From an uncultured Bacteroidales bacterium (GTDB lineage: Bacteria > Bacteroidota > Bacteroidia > Bacteroidales > Paludibacteraceae), in assembly GCA_903830915.1 (NCBI GenBank), contig CAIKVR010000354.1, positions 27,955 to 91,954 on the forward strand: a stretch of 64,000 nucleotides of DNA. Reading direction: 5' to 3'. This document shows, piece by piece, positions 26,912 to 37,152 of this stretch (within the stretch, counting starts at the first letter, position 1; each line of letters begins with the position of its first letter). The notes under the pieces are model-generated. The model ran no database searches and was not told where the DNA came from. It saw nothing but the letters and a program-made list of their open reading frames with translations. The position numbers and the translations under genes were made by a program.

Positions 26912-27087
26912 CTACAAAATAGTTAGCTACACTAAACCTAATGATGGATATGTTAGGTAACACCATCAATACAAAATAGAAGCAATAAGTTTTTTTCTTC
27001 CGTCATTCACTCTACAAAATGCGAAGTAGTTCAGCGTTACCCTACGCCGGTCAGTCTGCAAAATGTGAAGTAAGTTGGCGTAGTTAA

Positions 27088-27270
27088 CAATATATCGACG
27101 ATTATCAAAAGCAATATCCAAATTTTTCTGCAGAAGAAATTCGGTCATTAGTTGCTTTTCAATTAGCTGTAGTAATTTTTAAAATGGAAACAAATCAAAG
27201 CATTGACCCTGTGATTGAAAAAATTAAAAGTTTAGACAATGAATTAGAAGAATTATTGAATGTCAGATAA
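27088..27270 (+). pseudogene. zapA-like remnant (C-terminal 60 codons intact, 5' part decayed)
   Basis: Translates as QYIDDYQKQYPNFSAEEIRSLVAFQLAVVIFKMETNQSIDPVIEKIKSLDNELEELLNVR*, resembling the Bacteroidetes ZapA C-terminal half; preceded by an in-frame TAA. Confidence 0.5.
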
Positions 27271-27407
27271 TTTGCTCACGTTTTTTCAAAATTGTCAATA
27301 ACTTCTTCTTAAATCATTCATCGCCTTTCAAAATTTGCCGTATCTTTAACCACACAAAATCAATCAACTAAAGTCGATTGTAATTTACACAAAAACAGCA
27401 AGTTAGC

Positions 27408-30400
27408 ATGAGTTCCTTTGTCCACCTTCACGTTCACTCTCATTATTCCATTCTCGATGGCATGTCATCCATTTCAGGTTTGGTTGACAAAGCCTCCAAA
27501 AGCGGAATGAACGCAGTGGCACTTACCGACCATGGAAGTATGTTTGGTATAAAGGAGTTTTTCAACTACACTAAAAAGAAAAACAGCAAGGTAAAAGATG
27601 AAATTTCGGCACTCAGCAAACAACTTGCCAATGAAAGTCTGACTGCTGAACAAAAAGCTGAAATTCAACAGAAAATTACCGAAACCAAAACCAAACTTTT
27701 CAAACCGATAATTGGCTGCGAAACATACGTTGCCCGGCGTGGACGGTTGCTGAAAGATTCACAGGAAGATCGCAGCGGTTATCACCTCGTATTGCTTGCA
27801 AAAAACAAAAAGGGATATCAGAATCTCTGCAAACTTATATCAAATGCCTGGATTGATGGCTTTTATTATCGTCCACGCATTGACCACGAAATGTTGGAGA
27901 AATACAGTGAAGGTCTGATTGCTTCAAGTGCTTGTTTGGGTGGAGAGATTCACAAAAAACTTGAGAAAGGCGATTTGGAAGATGCCGAAGATTCAATTTT
28001 GTGGTACAAAAAAGTTTTCGGTGATGATTTTTACCTCGAACTGCAACGACATAAAACCGATAAACCAAACGCTGACTACGAATGCTACGACAAGCAAATT
28101 CATCAGGGTGAGGAAATGATTAAACTGGCGCGCAAAACAAATACCAAACTTGTTGCTACCAACGATGTTCACTTTGTGGAGGAAGAACATGGTGAAGCGC
28201 ATGAACGATTGATTTGCCTCAGTACAGGTAAGGATCTAGACGATCCGGCACGAATGCGCTATACCAAGCAGGAATGGCTCAAATCGCCTGAGGAGATGAA
28301 TTACATCTTTGCCGACCTGCCAGAGGTAATTGAAAGTACCCTTGAAATTGCCGATAAAGTAGAGTTTTTTGATATTGACTCTGGGCCAATGATGCCTGTT
28401 TTCCCTATTCCTGCCGAATTTGGCACGGAGGAAGATTATCGTGAAAGGTTTACCAAAGAAGCTCTGCGTGAAGAGTTTGAAGATCGGTTTGAATTATTGG
28501 GCGGGTATGATAAGGTAGTTCGTGTGAAATTAGAAGCCGACTATCTGGGCAAACTAACTTACGAAGGCGCAGAAGTTCGTTACGGCAAGGATATGAACGA
28601 TGATACCCGTGAACGAATAGAATTTGAACTGAAAACCATGAAAGAAATGGGTTTTCCGGGTTACTTTCTTATTGTTCAGGATTTCATTTCGGCTGCCCGT
28701 AAAATGAAAGTCTCCGTAGGACCCGGTCGTGGCTCTGCTGCAGGTTCTGTAGTGGCATATTGTTTACGCATTACCGATATTGACCCCCTCAAATACGATT
28801 TGCTGTTCGAGCGTTTTCTGAATCCCGATCGTATTTCGATGCCCGATATTGATATTGACTTCGATGATGATGGTCGCGGTCAGGTTTTACGTTGGGTAAC
28901 CGATAAATACGGAAAGGAACGTGTGGCTCACATTATTACTTACGGAACGATGGCAACCAAGTCGTCGATTAAGGATGTGGCACGTGTACAGCGTTTACCT
29001 TTGCCTGAGGCTGAACGGTTGACAAAGCTGATTCCGGATAAATTTCCCGAAGGTGCTGATGGAAAAGCGGTTAAGGTAAATATTACCAACTGCCTGAAAT
29101 ATGTACCGGAAATGCTCGCTGCACGTAATTCGAGCGACCTGAATCTGGCAAATACTCTGCGTTATGCCGAAATGCTCGAAGGCACGGTACGCCAAACCGG
29201 TGTTCACGCTTGTGGAGTCATAATCGGTGCTGACGATTTGACGAATTTTGTTCCTCTCAGTACAGCTGTTGATAAAGAAACCAGCGAAGAAATGCTGGTT
29301 ACACAATACGAAGGGTCGGTTATAGAGGAAATCGGGCTGATTAAAATGGACTTTTTGGGATTGAAAACGCTTTCCATTATCAAAGAAGCGCTCGAAAATA
29401 TCCGTAAATCAAAAGGTGTGGAAATTGATATTGATACAATTCCGATTGATGATACAAAAACGTATGAACTTTTCAGTAAAGGGCTAACTGTAGGTACGTT
29501 CCAGTTTGAATCGGCCGGAATGCAAAAACACCTGCAGGCCTTACAACCTACTCAGTTTGAGGATTTGATTGCCATGAATGCGCTTTATCGTCCGGGTCCG
29601 ATGCAGTATATTCCTCAGTTTATCAATCGTAAACATGGACGTGATAAGATTGAATATCCTTTCCCTGTGATGGAGAAACGTTTGCATGACACCTACGGAA
29701 TTACAGTATATCAGGAACAGGTCATGCTTCTGAGTCGTGATTTAGCCGGCTTTACGCGTGGTCAGTCCGACGAATTGCGTAAAGCCATGGGTAAAAAACT
29801 CATGGACAAAATGGCAACTCTCGAAAAGAAATTCATGGAGGGCTGTACGAAAAATGGTTATGGTCCAAAGGAAAAACTTCAGAGAATTTGGGACGATTGG
29901 GCAGAATTTGCCAAATATGCCTTCAATAAATCGCATGCTACCTGTTATTCGTGGATTGCTTACCAAACTGCTTATCTGAAAGCACATTATCCAGCCGAGT
30001 TTATGGCTGCCAACTTAACACGCAATAAAGATGATATTACCGAGGTCGGTAAATTCATGGATGAGTGCAAGAATCTTGGCATGAGTGTTATGGGACCCGA
30101 TGTGAATGAAAGTGATCTAAACTTCATGGTGAATAGTGAAGGTAACATTCGTTTCGGATTAGGAGGTGTGAAAGGTGTGGGCGAAGGTGCTGTGGAAGCC
30201 ATTGTAAATGAGCGTAAAACCAATGGAAAGTTCAACGGACTTTTTAATTTCATGGAGCGTGTGAATTTGACCGCCTGCAACAAACGTGCGATTGAAAGTT
30301 TGGCTTTGTCAGGTGCTTTCGATAGTTTTCCGGATATTCGTCGCGAACAACTTTTTGTTGAAAACAGCAAAGGAGAACCGGTGTTGGAAACCATTTTGCG

Positions 30401-31190
30401 TTATGGAAATAAGTATCAGACTGATGCAGCCATGACCAGAAATTCACTTTTTGGAGGAATGGATGCGGTGGATATTACCAAACCTGAAGTGCCTTATGCA
30501 CCGGAATGGTCGCCGCTCGAAAAGTTGAATAAAGAGCGCGATTTGATTGGAATGTACCTTTCAGCACATCCACTCGACGAATTTGAATTTGAGATTAATC
30601 ATATCTGCAATACAAACACAGTCGATCTGAAAGATTTAAGCCAGTTGAAAGGTAAAGCGTTGAAAATAGGTGGAATGGTTACCTCATTGCGACATGGAAC
30701 AGCTGCCAAAAGTGGAAATCCCTATGGCATTTTTACTCTCGAAGATTATCAGGGTGCTTTTGAATTTGCTTTGTTCAGCAAGAACTATGTGGAGTATTCC
30801 AAATATATGATTAAAGACCTTTATCTTTTTATTCATGCCGTGGTGCAGCAACGTGGTGCAGATTATAAAAAGGTTGTTGAGCCGGATGCACCATTGGAAC
30901 TGAAAATTCAAAGCATTGAGCTATTCAGGGATGTGAAGGATAAGCTGGTAAATACGTTAACAGTCACAACATCAATTCAACATCTAACCGAGGATTTTGC
31001 AGTAGAGTTTACGGATATGTGTTTGAAAAACAAAGGGAAAATAAACCTGTATATCAATGTGGTAGATGAATTTTCACCAAACAAGGTGGTGCTTTTTGCA
31101 CGGCAGCACAGAATACAGCTTACGAATGAATTTTACCATGTATTAAAACGAGCGCAGATTGATGGTATTATAGAGTTTAAGGCATATTAA
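27408..31190 (+). CDS. dnaE: DNA polymerase III alpha subunit
   Basis: HLHVHSHYSILDG PHP domain, GPGRGSAAGS, PDIDIDFD, KMDFLGL, YAFNKSH. Confidence 0.99.
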   Translation: MSSFVHLHVHSHYSILDGMSSISGLVDKASKSGMNAVALTDHGSMFGIKEFFNYTKKKNSKVKDEISALSKQLANESLTAEQKAEIQQKITETKTKLFKPIIGCETYVARRGRLLKDSQEDRSGYHLVLLAKNKKGYQNLCKLISNAWIDGFYYRPRIDHEMLEKYSEGLIASSACLGGEIHKKLEKGDLEDAEDSILWYKKVFGDDFYLELQRHKTDKPNADYECYDKQIHQGEEMIKLARKTNTKLVATNDVHFVEEEHGEAHERLICLSTGKDLDDPARMRYTKQEWLKSPEEMNYIFADLPEVIESTLEIADKVEFFDIDSGPMMPVFPIPAEFGTEEDYRERFTKEALREEFEDRFELLGGYDKVVRVKLEADYLGKLTYEGAEVRYGKDMNDDTRERIEFELKTMKEMGFPGYFLIVQDFISAARKMKVSVGPGRGSAAGSVVAYCLRITDIDPLKYDLLFERFLNPDRISMPDIDIDFDDDGRGQVLRWVTDKYGKERVAHIITYGTMATKSSIKDVARVQRLPLPEAERLTKLIPDKFPEGADGKAVKVNITNCLKYVPEMLAARNSSDLNLANTLRYAEMLEGTVRQTGVHACGVIIGADDLTNFVPLSTAVDKETSEEMLVTQYEGSVIEEIGLIKMDFLGLKTLSIIKEALENIRKSKGVEIDIDTIPIDDTKTYELFSKGLTVGTFQFESAGMQKHLQALQPTQFEDLIAMNALYRPGPMQYIPQFINRKHGRDKIEYPFPVMEKRLHDTYGITVYQEQVMLLSRDLAGFTRGQSDELRKAMGKKLMDKMATLEKKFMEGCTKNGYGPKEKLQRIWDDWAEFAKYAFNKSHATCYSWIAYQTAYLKAHYPAEFMAANLTRNKDDITEVGKFMDECKNLGMSVMGPDVNESDLNFMVNSEGNIRFGLGGVKGVGEGAVEAIVNERKTNGKFNGLFNFMERVNLTACNKRAIESLALSGAFDSFPDIRREQLFVENSKGEPVLETILRYGNKYQTDAAMTRNSLFGGMDAVDITKPEVPYAPEWSPLEKLNKERDLIGMYLSAHPLDEFEFEINHICNTNTVDLKDLSQLKGKALKIGGMVTSLRHGTAAKSGNPYGIFTLEDYQGAFEFALFSKNYVEYSKYMIKDLYLFIHAVVQQRGADYKKVVEPDAPLELKIQSIELFRDVKDKLVNTLTVTTSIQHLTEDFAVEFTDMCLKNKGKINLYINVVDEFSPNKVVLFARQHRIQLTNEFYHVLKRAQIDGIIEFKAY

Positions 31191-31331
31191 AACAGACTCA
31201 TTGATTTTTTGAATAATTGTATTTTTATCAACTGCAAAACTTTATTTCTTTGCTGCTGTTTAATAGAGTGATTTGAATCAACAGAAATAGTAAAACAATA
31301 GGGAAATTATTAATTTTATAATATATAGATT

Positions 31332-31646
31332 ATGGCTTTAGAAATTACAGATGGAAACATCAAAGAAATTATCAACAGTGGAAAACCTGTAGTGATTGAT
31401 TTTTGGGCAGAATGGTGCGGACCATGCCGCATGGTAGGGCCGTTGGTAGAAGAACTTGCCAAAGAATATGATGGCAAAGTAGTAATTGGAAAAATGGATG
31501 TGGATGAAAATGTGGACACACCCACTGAATACGGTATCAGAAATATTCCTACTATCCTGTTCTTCAAAGATGGACAAGTGGTTGATAAACAAGTAGGAGC
31601 AACTCAAAAAGCAGTATTGGCAGCTAAAGTGGAAGCACTTTTGTAG
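31332..31646 (+). CDS. trxA: Thioredoxin
   Basis: DFWAEWCGPC active site. Confidence 0.97.
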   Translation: MALEITDGNIKEIINSGKPVVIDFWAEWCGPCRMVGPLVEELAKEYDGKVVIGKMDVDENVDTPTEYGIRNIPTILFFKDGQVVDKQVGATQKAVLAAKVEALL

Positions 31647-31671
31647 TTTAAACTTTTTCCTTAAACAAATT

Positions 31672-31705
31672 AGGGCAGATTGCAGGTAGCAGTTTGCCCT
31701 TTTCT
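31672..31705 (+). terminator. Intrinsic terminator after trxA
   Basis: agggcagattgc/gcagtttgccct stem followed by tttct. Confidence 0.6.
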
Positions 31706-32416
31706 CTAGAGTTTCTGGTAATAATCTTTGGCAAATTTGGTGAATTCGGCTGAATATTGATGTCGACCTTCTTCAATAACCAAGTGGGTGACTTCGGTTT
31801 CAGTCTGTGCAGTTTTGAATTCGAGTAAAAGTCTTTTTATTTCTCCATTTCGCTTAGGGTAAACATTTACTCTTTTTGAACACAACAACCCGAGAGATTT
31901 TGCAATCCGAATACATTCAATTCCTTCATTAAGAGGTAATATCAGACAAATTCTTCCGTTTGGCGATAGAATTTTCATTGCATTTTCAATCAATTCCCTG
32001 TGCGATAAAGAATCCGTATGACGTGCTGTAGAGCGGCTTTCGGTAGGAGCTTTCAGCGAATTCACAAAATAAGGAGGATTAGAAACAATCACATCAAAAC
32101 GTTCATTTGAAGTATTGGCATAATCCTGAAACGATTGTTCCTGTATGTTGATCTGTTTTTCCCAGAGTGAGTTTTTTACATTTTCAATTGCCTGATCAAC
32201 AGCATCTTTTTCTATATCAATTCCCGTAATAAGTGCTTCAGTTCGCTGTGCAAGCATTAAAGCTATCAGACCTGTACCTGTACCTACATCTAAGATATTT
32301 TTACACCCTTCTACCGATGTCCATGCACCTAACAAAACGCCATCAATACCAACTTTCATGGCACATCTATCCTGAAATACTGTAAATTGTTTAAAGCTGA
32401 AATAAGGATTTGGCAT
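31706..32416 (-). CDS. tRNA1(Val) adenine-37 N6-methyltransferase (YfiC family)
   Basis: FSFKQF.V.QDRCAMKVG.DGVLLGAW, LDVGTGTG and VSNPPYF motifs. Confidence 0.92.
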   Translation of the reverse strand: MPNPYFSFKQFTVFQDRCAMKVGIDGVLLGAWTSVEGCKNILDVGTGTGLIALMLAQRTEALITGIDIEKDAVDQAIENVKNSLWEKQINIQEQSFQDYANTSNERFDVIVSNPPYFVNSLKAPTESRSTARHTDSLSHRELIENAMKILSPNGRICLILPLNEGIECIRIAKSLGLLCSKRVNVYPKRNGEIKRLLLEFKTAQTETEVTHLVIEEGRHQYSAEFTKFAKDYYQKL

Positions 32417-32424
32417 ATTCTGAT

Positions 32425-33069
32425 TTATCTTCGTCCATTGCTTGACGGAGTTGGGTCTGTTCTGCGCGGAGTCGTTTGAGCAGGCACTGTGGTCTGTGGT
32501 CGAACTGACTGAGGAACTGAAGTTCGTGGAGGCTGACTTTGTTGTTCAACCGGCAAACTTCGTTTCACAGCCTGAGGTTGCTGACTGTTTTGTTGTCCCT
32601 GTGAAGTTGGAGTTGATGGTCTAAAAGAACTTCGCACCGGTGCATCGCCCGACATAACTCTTACTGTTGGTGAACTTGGTCTGTTTTCTGTATTTGAACG
32701 AAATGAAGGTGGATTTACCGATTGAGAATGAAAGCCATTTACCGATTCTGTATTCGTACGTTCGTAGCGTTTTAACTGAAGTTTTTCATTTTGTTCCTGA
32801 CTCAGAATTTGTTGAATTTCAGCATTTTTATTTTTCATTCGTTCCAGAGCTTCACTTCGTTTGTTCGAAATCTGACGCTCACGAGCATAGCGTAGGTTAA
32901 TTTCGTAAATTTGTTTCGCCTGATCGGTATTCAGATTAAGCTCTTGCTGAAGTTTATCGGTCTGTTTTGAGGCTTCCTGCTCAGGAGTGCGTTGCAATAC
33001 AACAGCATTTTCCTGTGCTGAGAGTGAAAAACTCACCATAATGAGGAATGTAATAAGTAGAGTTTTCAT
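32425..33069 (-). CDS. Exported helical protein with a low-complexity Pro/Ser/Gln/Arg tail
   Basis: Signal peptide MKTLLITF...SAQ; 'TPEQ.A...T..LQ.ELNL..DQ...IY.INL.YA'. Confidence 0.7.
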   Translation of the reverse strand: MKTLLITFLIMVSFSLSAQENAVVLQRTPEQEASKQTDKLQQELNLNTDQAKQIYEINLRYARERQISNKRSEALERMKNKNAEIQQILSQEQNEKLQLKRYERTNTESVNGFHSQSVNPPSFRSNTENRPSSPTVRVMSGDAPVRSSFRPSTPTSQGQQNSQQPQAVKRSLPVEQQSQPPRTSVPQSVRPQTTVPAQTTPRRTDPTPSSNGRR

Positions 33070-33163
33070 TGAAAACAAGTAGATTGAATTCAATAAGAGT
33101 AACAATGATTGTGCCAAAAAGCTATATGTTCAGTCAAAACCAGGATATTAACCGGATTTGAGT

Positions 33164-33931
33164 TTATTTGTTGAAATTCCGTAACTTGATGTTAGTCAAT
33201 ACTTTCTTAGTGTGGAGTGCGAAATCGCTGTTCATCATCCATCCATAGTACCCCATATCATTTTTCAAAACATCGGTGACCTTTTGTCCTTTATATTTTC
33301 CAAAATTAATAACTTCTTCGCCTTTATCATTGTAAATAAACCGACCTGCAAAATCAACATTGTCGTTTTGAGTTGTGAATTTTGAAAGGTATTCTATGTC
33401 ATTTTTCAGGTCAGGGTAACGGTCTAGCTGAGCCTGAAGTACTTCGTAAGTAGCCAGTGTATCAGCTTCAGCACCATGAGCACCAATCAACTCTTTTTCG
33501 CAGTAAAATTTATAGGCAGCACCCAATGTGCGAGCTTCCATTTTGTGGAAAATTACCTGAACATCAACGAATTTGCGTTTCATTAGGTCAATATCAACTT
33601 CTGCCCTTAGCAATTCCTCGGCAAGCAAAGGAATATCAAAACGATTTGAGTTGTATCCAGCTAAATCACATCCTTCAATATCACGTGCGATTTCTTTGGC
33701 TACCAATTTAAATGTTAGACAATCAACTACATCGGCATCGGTAATTCCATGAATATCCGATGAACTCTTGGGAATAGGCATTTCAGGATTCACACGAATG
33801 GTTTTGGTTTCTTCCCGACCATTTGGAGAAACCTTATGGTATGAAATTTCTACTATACGATCGGTAACTATATTCGTTCCGGTTGTTTCCAAATCAAAGA
33901 AAACTATCGGGTTTTTTAGGTTGAGTTTCAT
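33164..33931 (-). CDS. dnaQ: DEDDh 3'-5' exonuclease (DNA polymerase III epsilon-like)
   Basis: FFDLETTG, GYNSNRFD and AHGAEAD motifs; downstream of dnaN. Confidence 0.88.
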   Translation of the reverse strand: MKLNLKNPIVFFDLETTGTNIVTDRIVEISYHKVSPNGREETKTIRVNPEMPIPKSSSDIHGITDADVVDCLTFKLVAKEIARDIEGCDLAGYNSNRFDIPLLAEELLRAEVDIDLMKRKFVDVQVIFHKMEARTLGAAYKFYCEKELIGAHGAEADTLATYEVLQAQLDRYPDLKNDIEYLSKFTTQNDNVDFAGRFIYNDKGEEVINFGKYKGQKVTDVLKNDMGYYGWMMNSDFALHTKKVLTNIKLRNFNK

Positions 33932-33940
33932 GTTTAATTA

Positions 33941-34106
33941 AGATTTTAGAATCAAGATACAAGAACAAAGACTTGTAATTAGATGATTCTTGTTTTGTAA
34001 TTGATTTTAAAAATAAAGGTCTAAAGACTTACGACCTTAGACCTTGCAATGTATTTTATTTTAGAGTAAATACAGTCTTTATTCTTGATTCTTTGCTCTT
34101 TATTCT
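33941..34106. repeat. Inverted heptamer-repeat arms enclosing an inner hairpin
   Basis: agatttt-agaatca-agataca-agaacaa-agac ... gtct-ttattct-tgattct-ttgctct-ttattct; inner aaggtctaa/ttagacctt at 34016-34045. Confidence 0.6.
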
Positions 34107-34109
34107 GAT

Positions 34110-35246
34110 TTAATCATTCAGCAACATAGGCATCAGCAACATCAGGATTTCTTCGTTTTCTTCATTCTCAAACGGAAGAATAAGCCCGGCGCGTGAAGCG
34201 TCCGAAAGTTCAAGAACTACATCAGCAGCATTTATGTTTCCCAAAATTTCAACCAGAAACGAAGATTTAAAACCGATTTTGATTGGATCGCCTTCAAACT
34301 GACAGGGTATTGTTTCTTCCGCTGAAATTGAAAAATCAATATCCTGTGCTGAAATATAAATCTGATTGTTTGTAATAGCCAGTTTCACCAGGTTACTTGC
34401 CTGATTAGCAAAAACTGATACACGTTTCAATGCATTGAGTATCGTCACTCGGTCAATAATGATTTTGAAAGGATTGTTTTTTGGAATAACCCCGTTGTAA
34501 TTAGGAAAACGCCCTTCCACCTGACGGCAAATCATCGTATAATTAGACAATTTGAAATGTGCATTTTTATTGTCGAACCGAATTTCAACTTCACCACTTT
34601 CTTTTGGCAGAATGTTTTTCAACATATTGGCCGGTTTTTTTGGCAAAATAAAGTTTACTGTTTCTTCTTCTTCCAGCGAAACTGTGGTGTGTTTAGTTTT
34701 ATAACGAACCAATTTATGAGCATCAGTGGCAACCATTGTAAGACTTTCAGTAGTAATATCAAAGAAAATACCATTCATTACCGGACGAAGTTCGTCGTCG
34801 GCAGTACAAAATAGTGTTTTTGAAATACCTGAAGAAAGGTAAGCTACAGGCATTACCAATGTACGTGCATCATCAAGTAATTGAGGCATACGAGGATATT
34901 CATCGCCATTCTGACCTATAAAATTATAGGATCCATTAGCAGAAGAAATTACCAAAGCCAAATTCGAGTCGTTGATAGTAAATGTCAGCGGTTGATCTGA
35001 AAATTCACGCAAGGTATCAAGCAACAGTCGGGAAGCAACAGCTACTTTTCCATTACCTTCGGCGGTTTCAACCTGCATGGAGGTTATCAGTGTGGTTTCA
35101 ATATCAGATGCAGTCATAGTAAGGGTTGTACCTTCCAAATGCAGCAGAAAATTATCTAATATAGGAAGCGAGTTTTTGTTGTTTATTACACGGCTTATGG
35201 CTTGTAAATGGCTCAGTAGTTCGGTGCTTGAAACAATGAATTTCAT
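34110..35246 (-). CDS. dnaN: DNA polymerase III beta clamp
   Basis: LPILDNFL, D.LRPVMNGIF, VATDAHKL, EGRFPNY and LLMPM motifs. Confidence 0.98.
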   Translation of the reverse strand: MKFIVSSTELLSHLQAISRVINNKNSLPILDNFLLHLEGTTLTMTASDIETTLITSMQVETAEGNGKVAVASRLLLDTLREFSDQPLTFTINDSNLALVISSANGSYNFIGQNGDEYPRMPQLLDDARTLVMPVAYLSSGISKTLFCTADDELRPVMNGIFFDITTESLTMVATDAHKLVRYKTKHTTVSLEEEETVNFILPKKPANMLKNILPKESGEVEIRFDNKNAHFKLSNYTMICRQVEGRFPNYNGVIPKNNPFKIIIDRVTILNALKRVSVFANQASNLVKLAITNNQIYISAQDIDFSISAEETIPCQFEGDPIKIGFKSSFLVEILGNINAADVVLELSDASRAGLILPFENEENEEILMLLMPMLLND

Positions 35247-35420
35247 ATTGAATTGGATTTAATTTGACTTTTTTAAAATTAGAAAGCAAATGTAATGAAT
35301 ATTTTTCTCAAATAAAAATTACTGCTAAAATATTCATCCAAATGAAGCATTTTTCTGTATTTTGTTAGGAATTTAAACTTTAACTTACAATTTTATAAAA
35401 ATATGTTGTCAGTTCAAAAT

Positions 35421-35451
35421 ATTGTTCGTAGTTTTGCGAATTACGAACAAT
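35421..35451 (+). promoter_or_regulatory. ArsR operator overlapping a -7 promoter element
   Basis: Inverted repeat attgttcgta-N11-tacgaacaat containing TAGTTTTG. Confidence 0.7.
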
Positions 35452-35465
35452 TAAATTTTATTGCA

Positions 35466-35795
35466 ATGTCTCTTTGTAAAGATAAAGACTATACGATTGA
35501 TAACGAACAGCTTGCCCGATTTGCAAAAGCAATGGGTCATCCGGCACGAATTACAATTTTACAATTTCTTGCATCATTGGAAAGTTGCTACTTTGGCGAT
35601 ATACATAATGAATTGCCTATTGCCAAAGCAACCGTATCGCAACATTTGAAAGAGTTGAAAGATGCCGGACTAATTCAGGGAGAAATTGAAACGCCAAAAG
35701 TAAAGTATTGTATTAATCGTGAAAACTGGTATAAGGCACAAGCATTTTTCGAAACATTTTTTGAAAGCAGGAAAGAAAAAACTAACTGCTGCTAA
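35466..35795 (+). CDS. arsR: ArsR-family repressor
   Basis: [29 protein letters not shown]-terminal CC; start re-called at 35466. Confidence 0.9.
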   Translation: MSLCKDKDYTIDNEQLARFAKAMGHPARITILQFLASLESCYFGDIHNELPIAKATVSQHLKELKDAGLIQGEIETPKVKYCINRENWYKAQAFFETFFESRKEKTNCC

Positions 35796-35812
35796 ATTAT
35801 AAAGCTAAAATT

Positions 35813-36061
35813 ATGAACATTCAAGTATTAGGTACTGGCTGCCAAAAGTGTAAATCGCTGGAAAAAGCCACACGCGAAGTTGTAGCTCAAAACAATATCG
35901 ATGCTACAATTACTAAAGTTGAAGATATCGTAGAGATTATGAAATTCAACGTAATGACTACACCGGCACTTGTAATTGATGGCAAGGTGGTTGTAAAGGG
36001 TCGAGTGCCATCAAACGAAGAACTGAAACAAATTCTAACCACTAAAATTTATATGATATGA
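35813..36061 (+). CDS. Small thioredoxin-like protein (MTH895/ArsE family)
   Basis: VLGTGCQKC and MTTPALVIDG motifs. Confidence 0.85.
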   Translation: MNIQVLGTGCQKCKSLEKATREVVAQNNIDATITKVEDIVEIMKFNVMTTPALVIDGKVVVKGRVPSNEELKQILTTKIYMI

Positions 36062-36438
36062 AAAAGGCAATTTCCCTGTTTATTCTGACTTTAACCATTC
36101 TGTCAATTCAGGCTGTTACCAAAGTTGAAGTGTACTACTTTCATTATACTCGACGTTGTGTAACCTGTCAGGCAGTAGAAACTGAAACTCTCAAATCGAT
36201 CAAGCAACTTTATCCTGAACAGTTTAAAAAGGGCTTGATAACTTTCAAATCGCTAAATCTGGACGATAAATCCAGTGTAGCTTTAGCCAAAAAATGCAAG
36301 GCGGAAGGTCAAGCACTTTTGGTAATCAGCAATAACAAGCGGGTAGATTTAACCGAGCAAGGCTTTATGTATGCTAAAAGTCAGCCCGATAAATTGAAAG
36401 AAGAACTAAATAAAGTGATTCAACCGCTTCTTAAATAA
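36058..36438 (+). CDS. Exported thioredoxin-like ArsF-family protein
   Basis: Signal peptide; VYYFH.TRRCVTC. Confidence 0.75.
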   Translation: MKKAISLFILTLTILSIQAVTKVEVYYFHYTRRCVTCQAVETETLKSIKQLYPEQFKKGLITFKSLNLDDKSSVALAKKCKAEGQALLVISNNKRVDLTEQGFMYAKSQPDKLKEELNKVIQPLLK

Positions 36439-36444
36439 TTGAAC

Positions 36445-37143
36445 ATGGAAGTACTGCAAAGTATTTTGGAAAATTCGCATTACGCATTTATTTCAGCCAT
36501 TTTACTTGGATTGATGACTGCCATTAGCCCTTGCCCACTGGCTACAAACATTTCGGCTATTGGTTTTATTAGCCGAGACATTGAAAACCGCCGACGAGTT
36601 TTCGTTAATGGACTGATTTACACGCTCGGTCGAGCTATCAGTTATACCGGATTAGCTCTCATTATATACCTTGGAGCAAGCAAAATGCATATTTCCATGA
36701 TTTTTCAGGGTTGGGGCGAGAAGTTGTTAGGACCAATTCTCATTTTAATAGGCTTTTTTATGCTTGATGTCATTAAAATAAAATTCCCTGTATTTTCAGG
36801 TTTAACCGACAAAATAGGCGAAAAAAGCAAAGGTAGCTATTGGAGTACACTTTTGTTGGGAATGGTTTTCGCACTGGCATTTTGTCCGTATAGTGGTGTT
36901 TTGTACTTTGTTATGCTAATTCCGATGACTGTGGCAAGTGCAAGTGGTTTGTATTTGCCGGTTTTATTTGCTATTGCTACTGGTTTACCGGTTATTGTTT
37001 TTGCGTGGCTTTTAGCTTATGCAGTGGGGAATGTAGGAAGATTATATAATCAAATCAAAACTTTTGAACTTTGGTTCAGGCGTGTGGTTTCGGTTGTTTT
37101 TATCCTGATCGGAATTTATTATATCGCTATTTTCTTTATTTAA
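36445..37143 (+). CDS. ArsG-family / DsbD-like membrane protein
   Basis: AISPCPLATN and LAFCPYSG, about 6 TM helices; start at 36439 (TTG) or 36445. Confidence 0.75.
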   Translation: MEVLQSILENSHYAFISAILLGLMTAISPCPLATNISAIGFISRDIENRRRVFVNGLIYTLGRAISYTGLALIIYLGASKMHISMIFQGWGEKLLGPILILIGFFMLDVIKIKFPVFSGLTDKIGEKSKGSYWSTLLLGMVFALAFCPYSGVLYFVMLIPMTVASASGLYLPVLFAIATGLPVIVFAWLLAYAVGNVGRLYNQIKTFELWFRRVVSVVFILIGIYYIAIFFI

Positions 37144-37152
37144 TAAGAAATA

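Noticed and set aside
27408-31190. Intein or unusual insertion in dnaE
   Set aside because: Only short insertions are present; no intein terminal motifs or endonuclease domain were seen.
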